A stretch of 64,000 nt of DNA. It comes from a virus. Its lineage: Duplodnaviria > Heunggongvirae > Uroviricota > Caudoviricetes. Below the pieces are notes generated by a model. The model saw only the letters and a list, made by a program, of their open reading frames with translations, made no database searches and had not been told where the DNA came from. Below, piece by piece: positions 54,323 through 62,748 of this stretch. The stretch's first letter is position 1. Each line of letters starts with the position of its first letter. The position numbers and the translations under genes were made by a program. Location of the stretch: the IMG/VR virus record IMGVR_UViG_3300025011_000026; one strand, given 5' to 3'.

Positions 54323-56021
54323 AAAGATAAGCAAGATTAAAGATATGGCAATTAAATCAGGTAAATATTCTGCTTTGTATACTGGACAATTTATTTTAGG
54401 TGGATTAGGCTATGCTGTTCAAATTGCTTCAAATGGAATATTAGGAATGAGCATTCCAGATTATAAACTGCCTAATTTGAAGTTTGGAGATGATAAAACT
54501 TCATTAGGAGATAGGGTAGTGTTAACTCCTAGTAAATTTCTTCTTAAAGGAAATGGCATAGTAATTGGCAAAGACTATAATACAAAAAATGTACTTACTT
54601 ATCCTGTAGATCATTTTGACGATCTTATGAAAAATTTTATTTATGTTGGGTCTCCTGGAAGTGGAAAATCAAATTTAGCAGAAAATATAGCAGTTCAAAT
54701 ATCTAAAATTAATAATTTACCTAATTTTAATACAGCAGGATTTTGTGTGATAGATGTAGCTGATGGAGCATTGATTGATAATATTTTAATGTCTATTCCT
54801 GAAAACAGATTGGAAGATGTAGTTTTATTAGATTTCTCTAATAAAGATTTTCTGCCAGGAATTAACCTTCTAGAATTCGATGAAAAAGTAGAGAAACAAT
54901 TCCCACACTTTATTCATGCTGAAATAATCTCATTCTTTAAAAAACGATTTGGTGAACAAATTGGTTATGCTAGTGAGGATCTTTTATCAAACTCGTTGAA
55001 CGCAATTCTGAAACAAACTGACTATCCTAAAACACTATTAGGAATTATCAAAATGCTAACTGAAGTAGAATATCGTGAACAAATAGTTGCATCTTTGAGA
55101 AAAAATAAAAGGAATGCTTCAGTAGTCAGATATTGGGATAGATTTGAAGCTCAATCTCCTTCTGTTAAAAGAGATATGGTTAAGCCTTTATTAAATAAAG
55201 TTGGAAATTTAACCAATAATGATTATTTAAAATCTATTATATGTCAAAACAAATCTACCATAGATTTTAGAAAAATTATGGATAGTGGCAAAATTCTTCT
55301 TATAAAAGCACCAAAGGTTGCTGTCGGAAAAGTTAATATAGAAATATTGATACCATTGATTCTTTCAAAGTTTTGGATCGCTGCTTTATCAAGATTTGAT
55401 ATTACTAATACTAATTTACGCCGTCCATTCTTTGCCTTTCTTGATGAACCTCAAATGTATCTATCAAATGAAGCAGGAATAGAAGAAATGTTGACGGAAA
55501 TGAGAAAGTATAGATTTGGACTTCATTTTTTCTTTCAATCCCCTGAACAAACGCAACTTCAATCAGTTATCAAAATGATGTTAGAAGTCAATCCTCAAAT
55601 TATATCATTTGCTATGGGTAGAGGTGGAGCACAAACATTATTTAGAGAATTTGAAACTGGTGATGAAGAAAAAGACATGTCAAATAGATATGCAATTCTT
55701 AATCTCCCAAAACATCACGCACTTTGTAGATTTTTATATAAAAGCGAAAAGAGTGTATCTATTATTAAATGCGATCCTCCAATTAAACCTTTGCGTAAAA
55801 AAGTACCTGATATTATTACTGAAAACAGTCAAATGTATTTACGTTCTGTTGATGAAATTATGGAAGAAATTCTTGAATCGGATTATATCCCTGAACCAGA
55901 TTTTAGTTTAGGGGAGGTGAGCAATAATGAACAGCAAAGATTTAATGTTGAAAAAATTGATTGTGGGCCAAAAATACGCCCATTTAACGGCGAGAGATTT
56001 AGAGATAATAAGAAGTATTAG
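54315..56021 (+). CDS. VirD4/TraG-like type IV coupling protein
   Basis: N-terminal hydrophobic segment. Walker A VGSPGSGKSN, Walker B FAFLDEPQ. ATG 54315 has better SD spacing than TTG 54306. Confidence 0.6.
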   Translation: MGEKISKIKDMAIKSGKYSALYTGQFILGGLGYAVQIASNGILGMSIPDYKLPNLKFGDDKTSLGDRVVLTPSKFLLKGNGIVIGKDYNTKNVLTYPVDHFDDLMKNFIYVGSPGSGKSNLAENIAVQISKINNLPNFNTAGFCVIDVADGALIDNILMSIPENRLEDVVLLDFSNKDFLPGINLLEFDEKVEKQFPHFIHAEIISFFKKRFGEQIGYASEDLLSNSLNAILKQTDYPKTLLGIIKMLTEVEYREQIVASLRKNKRNASVVRYWDRFEAQSPSVKRDMVKPLLNKVGNLTNNDYLKSIICQNKSTIDFRKIMDSGKILLIKAPKVAVGKVNIEILIPLILSKFWIAALSRFDITNTNLRRPFFAFLDEPQMYLSNEAGIEEMLTEMRKYRFGLHFFFQSPEQTQLQSVIKMMLEVNPQIISFAMGRGGAQTLFREFETGDEEKDMSNRYAILNLPKHHALCRFLYKSEKSVSIIKCDPPIKPLRKKVPDIITENSQMYLRSVDEIMEEILESDYIPEPDFSLGEVSNNEQQRFNVEKIDCGPKIRPFNGERFRDNKKY

Positions 56022-56691
56022 GGATTTTAAAATATTCTCCAGAACTCAAATTCAAATAATGTTCTTTCAATCCAAACAAAGTTTAACTATTTGCAATCGA
56101 AGGCTGGCTGAAATTGAAAGATTAGAATTTATAAAAAGGACACCAATAGCATTAAATGGGGAATCATTAGTCACTGCGGGAAAATTGCTTTGTCAAATTG
56201 GTGGGGTATATATATCAAAATTACCATCCGACTATACGCATCAACTATTAATAAATGAAATTTATGCTTTATTGTTCAGAGAGCAGAATTTAAATAGAAT
56301 TACTATCAAGCAATATAAACCAGAATTTGTTTACAGATACAAAGATAGAGAAAATGGCAAACAATATATTTTTAGGTCTGATATATTAGTTGTATTAACT
56401 AAGAATAATCAAGATACCACTTTGCTATTCGAAATTGATGCCGGAACAGAAAGCAAGAAACAATTAAGAGAAAAGATTGCTGTTTATGAAAAAGTGTCTC
56501 AAAAAGTGAAAGGGTTTCCTCGATTATTCTGGTTGACTAATACATTGGGATATCGAAAATTAACAAATTTAGATAAACAAATTAATATTGCTCAAGTAGA
56601 AGAATTGAGAAACGACTTTTATATTTTTACTCGTTACCCAGATATGAAGAAGATTAAATTAATTCCTGATATTGTGGTCTGGAAAATATAA
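55927..56691 (+). CDS. replication-relaxation (Replic_Relax) family protein, candidate relaxase
   Basis: LTARDLEIIRSIRDFKIFSRTQIQIMFFQSKQSLTICNRRLAEIERLEFIKR is the typical N-terminal wHTH pattern of the family. Strong SD GGGGAGGTG. It overlaps the coupling-protein gene by 95 nt. Confidence 0.6.
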   Translation: MNSKDLMLKKLIVGQKYAHLTARDLEIIRSIRDFKIFSRTQIQIMFFQSKQSLTICNRRLAEIERLEFIKRTPIALNGESLVTAGKLLCQIGGVYISKLPSDYTHQLLINEIYALLFREQNLNRITIKQYKPEFVYRYKDRENGKQYIFRSDILVVLTKNNQDTTLLFEIDAGTESKKQLREKIAVYEKVSQKVKGFPRLFWLTNTLGYRKLTNLDKQINIAQVEELRNDFYIFTRYPDMKKIKLIPDIVVWKI

Positions 56692-56712
56692 CTGGAACGG
56701 AGATGTTTAATT

Positions 56713-56880
56713 ATGGGATTTATAAGTAATTTAATTAGTGGTTTTGATAAGCCAGAAATTGATATTGATGAATTAGTAAATTTTATAATTGAAGAAACAC
56801 ATGTTAGTAGAGATATTATAGAATTGATTTTAGATACCGAGGAAATTTATTTAAGGATGAGAGGAATTATTATTGATTAA
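56713..56880 (+). CDS. 55-aa acidic protein, last gene of the operon
   Basis: SD GGAACGGAG then ATG. Translation MGFISNLISGFDKPEIDIDELVNFIIEETHVSRDIIELILDTEEIYLRMRGIIID. Confidence 0.45.
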   Translation: MGFISNLISGFDKPEIDIDELVNFIIEETHVSRDIIELILDTEEIYLRMRGIIID

Positions 56881-56886
56881 GATTTT

Positions 56887-56914
56887 AAGGATGATTTAAT
56901 TATCATCCTTTTTT
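56887..56914 (+). terminator. rho-independent terminator of the T4SS-like operon
   Basis: 9-bp stem AAGGATGAT/ATCATCCTT, then TTTTT. Confidence 0.7.
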
Positions 56915-56956
56915 AATATATTTTATAAAAAAATGATTGACAAGGTATTATTTGCC

Positions 56957-56984
56957 TTGTTTTTGTGTATATTTAATGTATAAT
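56957..56984 (+). promoter_or_regulatory. promoter of the DGQHR gene
   Basis: TTGTTT, 16 nt, TATAAT. A perfect TTGACA at 56937 is too far upstream to pair with this -10. Confidence 0.4.
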
Positions 56985-57006
56985 GAACGGAAAGGACTGA
57001 TTTGAG

Positions 57007-58557
57007 ATGAAAATTCTATTTTCTGATAAAGTTAAGGATATTAAATTGGAAGGAGATATACATGATATGAGTAGGAAAAGTAAGGAGAGATTTACACAGA
57101 TGGATATTGGTTTGGTTAATGCAGTAAAGGAAGAGGTGATGAACGGAATGAGTGATAATCACTCAGAAGAAGATCAAGAAATGATTCAGGAGATGGAAAG
57201 CATCACTCGTGAAGAAACTGCCGTTGGTTATGAGAGTGCAAATAGTTTTGAAGAGAATAGTAAAAGTGGAGATGTTATTAATTTGGGTGAGAAATCTATG
57301 CCAGCATTTGGTAGTTTAAGTGAAAAGACTAAAATAGAAGAGTCAAATGGGGATGATAAAGAGCAAATGTCAACTGAAGAATTTAATGAAACTAGAAATG
57401 AAGTTTTAGATAGTAAGAGTGAGTTCGAAAAGAAAAAGGAATTAAGAGAAGCAAATAAATTGAAACGAGATATGAGAAGTAAATTAAAGCAATTAGACAG
57501 TGAAAATGATGATAAATCATGGGAACTAAACAATGTCCAAATCGTCTTGCGTGATGGTAAGCCTTATAAATATTTGGTATCACTATCTTGTATGCAGTTG
57601 GCTGAGTGGTATATCTCTAAAAAGCTGATTTACGATTTTGGCGTACAAAGAGGCAGTAAAACCAATAAAAAAGGCGAGGAAGTACCTATACTTTTTCTAA
57701 AACATTGCAATGATATCAAAACTGCAATTTTAGATGGGTCAATTCACGGGGGAACATTGAGTCTAAATTTGCCTACTGACAATAATACACAACTTTTTTA
57801 TGACGAAGACAATATGACTTTAAGTTCTGACGTTCCCTTAACCATAAATGATGGTTTTCACCGCATATATGCAAGTTATTTGTGGTATAAGGAATTTGTT
57901 AAACCAAATAGTACATGTAAAAGTCCTGAAACGTTCTATTTTCCAGCCAATATTGAGCATATTAGTAGACAAGCGAGTTGTGATTTATTCAAAGAATATG
58001 CGGTTATGGGGAAATCTATTAGTAAGAACAGGATTAGTGTCCATAATGTATTTGATAAAAATTATGAAATCACACAGAGGGTTGCAAAATCATCTCAACT
58101 TCGTGGACGTATAGAAATGATTTCTAATTCAATTAAAAGAAGTAGTCCTTGCATTTTTACTTATGGTACAATATTAAATGGAGTATCTGAATTTAAGGTT
58201 ATTACTCAGGGGAAAGAAGAAGAAGTTGGTAATTTCATCATTGAGTTCTTAAATGAATTAATCGAATTATTTCCTAATCTAATGGGTCATGTTGATTCAG
58301 AAACAAGAGCGATAGAAAAACAAAAGAGTTTTGTACTCGAAAAAATGTTTCAAAATTCTTATTTTGTGTTAGCTAGTCAATTACAAGGTAAAGATGATTG
58401 GAAGAGTAGATTGGCTAAATTGACACAAAACAATTTCCTATCAAGAAGTAATCCAATGTGGGGCTTTTGCCTTAGAGAAGGCGAAAAAATAGTGAATTCT
58501 TCAAAGGTGCAAAAAACAATTACTGAGAAAATTATTGACTATGTGATGGCAAACTAA
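57007..58557 (+). CDS. ParB/Srx-fold DGQHR-type (DndB-like) protein with acidic disordered N-terminus
   Basis: FGVQRG ... LTINDGFHRIYASYLW resembles the QR ... DGQHR signature of DndB/DGQHR-domain proteins. The first ~170 aa are Glu/Asp/Ser/Lys-rich. Confidence 0.4.
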   Translation: MKILFSDKVKDIKLEGDIHDMSRKSKERFTQMDIGLVNAVKEEVMNGMSDNHSEEDQEMIQEMESITREETAVGYESANSFEENSKSGDVINLGEKSMPAFGSLSEKTKIEESNGDDKEQMSTEEFNETRNEVLDSKSEFEKKKELREANKLKRDMRSKLKQLDSENDDKSWELNNVQIVLRDGKPYKYLVSLSCMQLAEWYISKKLIYDFGVQRGSKTNKKGEEVPILFLKHCNDIKTAILDGSIHGGTLSLNLPTDNNTQLFYDEDNMTLSSDVPLTINDGFHRIYASYLWYKEFVKPNSTCKSPETFYFPANIEHISRQASCDLFKEYAVMGKSISKNRISVHNVFDKNYEITQRVAKSSQLRGRIEMISNSIKRSSPCIFTYGTILNGVSEFKVITQGKEEEVGNFIIEFLNELIELFPNLMGHVDSETRAIEKQKSFVLEKMFQNSYFVLASQLQGKDDWKSRLAKLTQNNFLSRSNPMWGFCLREGEKIVNSSKVQKTITEKIIDYVMAN

Positions 58558-58571
58558 AAATGGTAAAAATA

Positions 58572-58607
58572 AGAGTAATAATCACAAATTAAAGTGATTA
58601 TTACTCT
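58572..58607. terminator. bidirectional terminator between convergent genes
   Basis: Perfect 14-bp stem AGAGTAATAATCAC/GTGATTATTACTCT with A/T-rich flanks. Confidence 0.6.
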
Positions 58608-58620
58608 ATTATATTATTTA

Positions 58621-60339
58621 CTACTTATAAATTCCCCAAACCAATTTTTCACCAGTTTCAGGATGTTTACCAGCCGATTTTTGATTGCCACTGCAACATC
58701 TAGATATGCCATTCGCAGACATATTATATTTTATTGAAGCATCCAACATACTCTCAAAAATTTCATTTGTTGTTATACAAATTACCTTTTTCTTACAAGA
58801 ATCATAATTTTCTGCTTTAGCATTTTTTAAACTATATTCTATTTCATCTTCTGTTTTCAAAAGATATTTTTCATAATACATCCAAACCAATGGCTCACCA
58901 GTTATCGACTTACCTGCTGATTTATGCTTACCTTTACAACATGCAGATATATTTGGTCTTATTGATTCTCTGCCATTGAATGAAGCTTCATATATAGAAT
59001 CAAATATTTCTCCAGTTGTAATGCAAATCACTTTCTCGCATATTTCTTCTTTTGGGTTATAAGAACACCATCCTAATTCTGTTCCTTTTTTAAGATAACT
59101 CCTTATCGCACTACTACTCAAATTTAAATTTTCCCCTATTTTAACTGTGCTTTTAATTCCTTCATTCCATAAACTACATGCTGTTTTAACTAAATTTCTA
59201 CACCCTGCTTCTTGCACTCTTAACCAATCTATATCTTCTTCAGTAAAATTTAATAACTCTGGCAATTTACTATTCATAATACTGTCCCTTATCCACCCTA
59301 TTTCAGACGTTCTGCAATCAATTATTAAATAATTTTTAATTTTATTACTCCTAGCCAACCATTCCTTATCAAAATCATTGATTTGTATATCATCTAATGA
59401 ATCCCACTTACTTTTCGTTTCTTCGTAGTGTTGAATTCCTTGACACTCTATCACACCATTTATTTTATTTATGTATATGTCATATCTATAATTTTCACAC
59501 CATTTAAAAGTAGTTTTTGATAATTGAATGATAAATGTTTCGTGTAATTGTTCTAAAACATTTATCATAACCTTTTCGGGGATGCTCACACCATCTCCAC
59601 ATCTGTTGCAACCGAAACCGTGATTTACTAAGTTAGAAATTTTAATCATTTTTTCATAACCACAATCAGGACATTTAGTTAATACATATTCACCTGACCC
59701 AAAAGAATATTTATGTGCATCATTTATATTCACAAAGAAATGTGTTAAATGAGGATGTGTGACAAAAATAGTATTGCACATATCACAATCTAGACTACCC
59801 TTTTGTCCTCCTGTAAAAGAACTTATATGTTTTTGTTCAGGTTTGTGTTCTGGATTATCTAAACAATTAAACCAATATCCTTTTTTATCTATGCCTTGTG
59901 AAGCAAAACTTACATCTTTGGGAGATAATTTATTACCATCTTTATCAACATTCAGTTCGCAATTCCAACGATTAATTATTATATCTGCTTCATTTTTATT
60001 TTTATTATCATAGCACCATTTGTAAAAAGATGTCCATTGTTTATCTCCTGCGTTTGCACATCTTAAACAATAATATTTTCCATCTTCTCTAACTTGTGAA
60101 GTATAGTCAGACCACCTTATATTTTCTAATAATTTTCCACATCCATCACATTCAATATTTACAAATACTCTGGCCTTATCTTGTAGATCCTCTACTTTAA
60201 CTTTTATTATTGCACCTCGTATATATTTTTCTTCGCCATTCTTATTTATGTATTTTGGTATCTCATATCCTTTTGCTTCATACCATTTAATATTTTTACT
60301 ACCTAACCCAACCTCAGCCTCTTTTGTTATCAATCCCAT
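58621..60339 (-). mobile_element. Zn-ribbon / PD-(D/E)XK-like / NUMOD-like endonuclease gene (free-standing homing-endonuclease-like)
   Basis: Several treble-clef-like Cys pairs (CDGC ... CLRC, CDMC, CPDC ... CNRC). Putative nuclease core YRYDIYINKINGVIECQGIQHY. Two C-terminal repeats VICITTxEIF(D/E)S ... CC(K/S)G ... KSAGK ... LVW. Confidence 0.45.
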
Positions 60340-60487
60340 AAATCTATCCCCTTCCTTAATAGGTTTAAAAATGGGAATAAGACACTCAAACTCTAAGGAA
60401 AGTTCAAGTGTCTCGTTTTACGCCTAAAACTCTGGCCTGAATTTTAGACAACCATATTTATTCCAACCTAATCCAATCCCAAACCAT

Positions 60488-60528
60488 CACAAAACAAAAA
60501 GAGGAATTTATCTTCATAAATTCCTCTT
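60488..60528 (-). terminator. terminator downstream of the lysis cassette
   Basis: 12-bp stem AAGAGGAATTTA/TAAATTCCTCTT, followed on the minus strand by TTTTTGTTTT. Confidence 0.55.
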
Positions 60529-60572
60529 CAAACAAATTCCTTATTCCCAACCAAAACCCTATTTCTCCCTAG

Positions 60573-60705
60573 TCCCTAAATACAAAATAAAACATAAATA
60601 TCCTACAATACATAAAACAAATAAATACTTCATATCTTTAATATATTCCCACCTTAATTAAATCAATCTCTAAATAATTTAAATCCTCTCTAAAAACACC
60701 ACTCT
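60573..60705 (+). repeat. 133-nt G-free tract (element region D)
   Basis: No G from 60573 to 60705. It contains ATAAATATCCTACAAT and AAATCCTCTCTAAAAACACC, which relate to copies A and B. Further G-poor sequence extends from 60448 to 60790. Confidence 0.6.
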
Positions 60706-60856
60706 GTAACCCAATCATACCAACACTTTCAGACCCACAATAATTCCATTCGCACAAAAACAACCCTAGAATCAATCAGAATTATCTTCTAGTATAATTG
60801 TTCCACTCGATAAATCAAGACGCTTAAATGGTGGTTTAATTTGTGATATTTTAAAC

Positions 60857-61240
60857 TTATTTTGTTTCCTCTTTTACTTCTTTGGTATCTTCTACTACAA
60901 CTCCATCAATTTTAAATTTACCACTAATAAAACTGGATAATTTAACCAAAACTTCCTTACCATAATAAAGGTAGCCAGACATCATAAGTAAATAAGTTGC
61001 ATTTGATAAATTTATTTCTTTTCCATCTACACTTACAAGAAGTATATTGGGATTTAACTGTCCTATGAAGCAAACACAAATAAAAGAGATCGAAACTACA
61101 ATCCCTTTGAAAACTCCTTGCCATAACTTCGTCTTGTCAAATTGCTTTAAAAAAAATGAATTTACTGAACCCAAGACGATATTCAAAACTATTAAACCTA
61201 AAAGACTGCCACCAAGTAATAGGGTATTTTGATCAATCAT
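60857..61240 (-). CDS. holin
   Basis: 127 aa with three hydrophobic helices and a charged C-tail. It is the last gene after xhlA and the amidase. Confidence 0.55.
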   Translation of the reverse strand: MIDQNTLLLGGSLLGLIVLNIVLGSVNSFFLKQFDKTKLWQGVFKGIVVSISFICVCFIGQLNPNILLVSVDGKEINLSNATYLLMMSGYLYYGKEVLVKLSSFISGKFKIDGVVVEDTKEVKEETK

Positions 61241-61254
61241 TTAAATACATCTCC

Positions 61255-61728
61255 TTAAATTTTAATTCCATATTTCCCTGCGACAAACGCCGATATTAAT
61301 AGACTTATTACAGCCAACGCCTTCAAAACCATCTTCGTATTATTATTTAGTCTAATTTTAGTAATTTCATTTCCTCCTTTTGCTTCAACTTTTGCAAGTT
61401 CATTGTTGCTTTTAGAATTAGATTGTGCAATACTAGAAATTGTGGAAACAAGCAAATTTGTGGATTGATAATTATTGTTTTCTATTCTTGTCAAACAACT
61501 TTTAACTTCTGAAAATTGCAAATCTATTGAATTGAATCTCTCATCATTTGTGGCTCCTCTAATTTGAAGCGCAGTAATTTCATCATCATGGTGATTTATT
61601 TTTTGATCGTGTTTTTCTATCTTTTCAGAATTATAAGATATCCTTTTTTCATGATCCTCAAGTTTAACAATAATTTCATTTTCATCCACTTCCAACACCT
61701 CTTCCATAATTATATTTTTATTTTGCAT
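61255..61728 (-). CDS. xhlA: XhlA-like lysis-associated membrane protein
   Basis: Coiled-coil N-terminus (KLEDHEKRISYNSEKIEKHDQKINHHDDEITAL) and a single C-terminal TM helix (VLKALAVISLLISAFVAGKYG). It is adjacent to the holin. Confidence 0.5.
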   Translation of the reverse strand: MQNKNIIMEEVLEVDENEIIVKLEDHEKRISYNSEKIEKHDQKINHHDDEITALQIRGATNDERFNSIDLQFSEVKSCLTRIENNNYQSTNLLVSTISSIAQSNSKSNNELAKVEAKGGNEITKIRLNNNTKMVLKALAVISLLISAFVAGKYGIKI

Positions 61729-61964
61729 TTGACTTTTACCCCTTTCTGTGTTAAACTAACGTCAATGGATGCAATATTTAGAGTATTGCAAACAGGAGAC
61801 AGTCCAGATCGGGCAATAATCTGGCTGTCATACATACTACAACTGAATAAATAAATAAAATTAATTAGATTTACTAAATGTAAAAATAATATTAAATAAT
61901 TTAGTAGATTAAAAGAGATGTAAAACAAATTACACCTCTAATTTGGCATTAAATAAAAAAAATA

Positions 61965-62705
61965 TTAAGCAAGTTCTAATTTTTTGCAAGCATATCCCAT
62001 TTTAATGATTTGCTTAATTACTTCTTCAGATTTAGATTCAAGAACACGAACAGATAGATAAATATCTTTATCTGTTTTTATTGTTGTGTCTGTTTTTACA
62101 TCTGCCACTTTAAATACAACTCCTTCCTTATAAACTATTCCAAAATAAATACAAACACTTTTAGCAATATTCACAGCAATTTGTTGTCTAATATTTGCAT
62201 CTGCTAATTTAGCATTATCATTTTTATTATCTAAAAACGCAGTTTCTAATAATACTGCTGGCATATTTGTGTCCCTAATTACTGCAAAATTTGATACTTT
62301 AATTCCTCTATTATAGAATAATTGTCCCATCATAGGATTTAAAATTTTAGCAAATCTTTCTGCATTTCCATTCAATCCAAATACATGACAAGTTGTGCCA
62401 AATGCCTGAGAATTAAAGGCATCACAATGGACAGAAAGAAATAAATCTGTTTTATTTGAATTTGCTATTTGACATCTTGTATTTAATGAAGCATTAACTG
62501 AAGATCCATTTCCATTTACAGTCCCTCCATCACGAGTCATAATAACTTTAACTCCATTTAACTCAATTAATATTTTTGCACGTTTGCAAATATCTAAAAC
62601 TATATCTTCTTCATGAAGACCAAAGCCTGAACATCCTGTATCAGCATTTGTAATTGACTGATGTCCTGCGTCTAATGTTATTGAATAACTCATTTTTACC
62701 TTCAT
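61965..62705 (-). CDS. N-acetylmuramoyl-L-alanine amidase endolysin (Amidase_3)
   Basis: LDAGH, LSVHCDAF and VLLETAFLDN, in the order of the Amidase_3 Zn-binding/catalytic motifs. An extra ~70-aa C-terminal domain follows. Confidence 0.8.
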   Translation of the reverse strand: MKVKMSYSITLDAGHQSITNADTGCSGFGLHEEDIVLDICKRAKILIELNGVKVIMTRDGGTVNGNGSSVNASLNTRCQIANSNKTDLFLSVHCDAFNSQAFGTTCHVFGLNGNAERFAKILNPMMGQLFYNRGIKVSNFAVIRDTNMPAVLLETAFLDNKNDNAKLADANIRQQIAVNIAKSVCIYFGIVYKEGVVFKVADVKTDTTIKTDKDIYLSVRVLESKSEEVIKQIIKMGYACKKLELA

Positions 62706-62748
62706 CTCCTAAATTTTATTTATTAATTTACCATTTTCCTATTCATAC

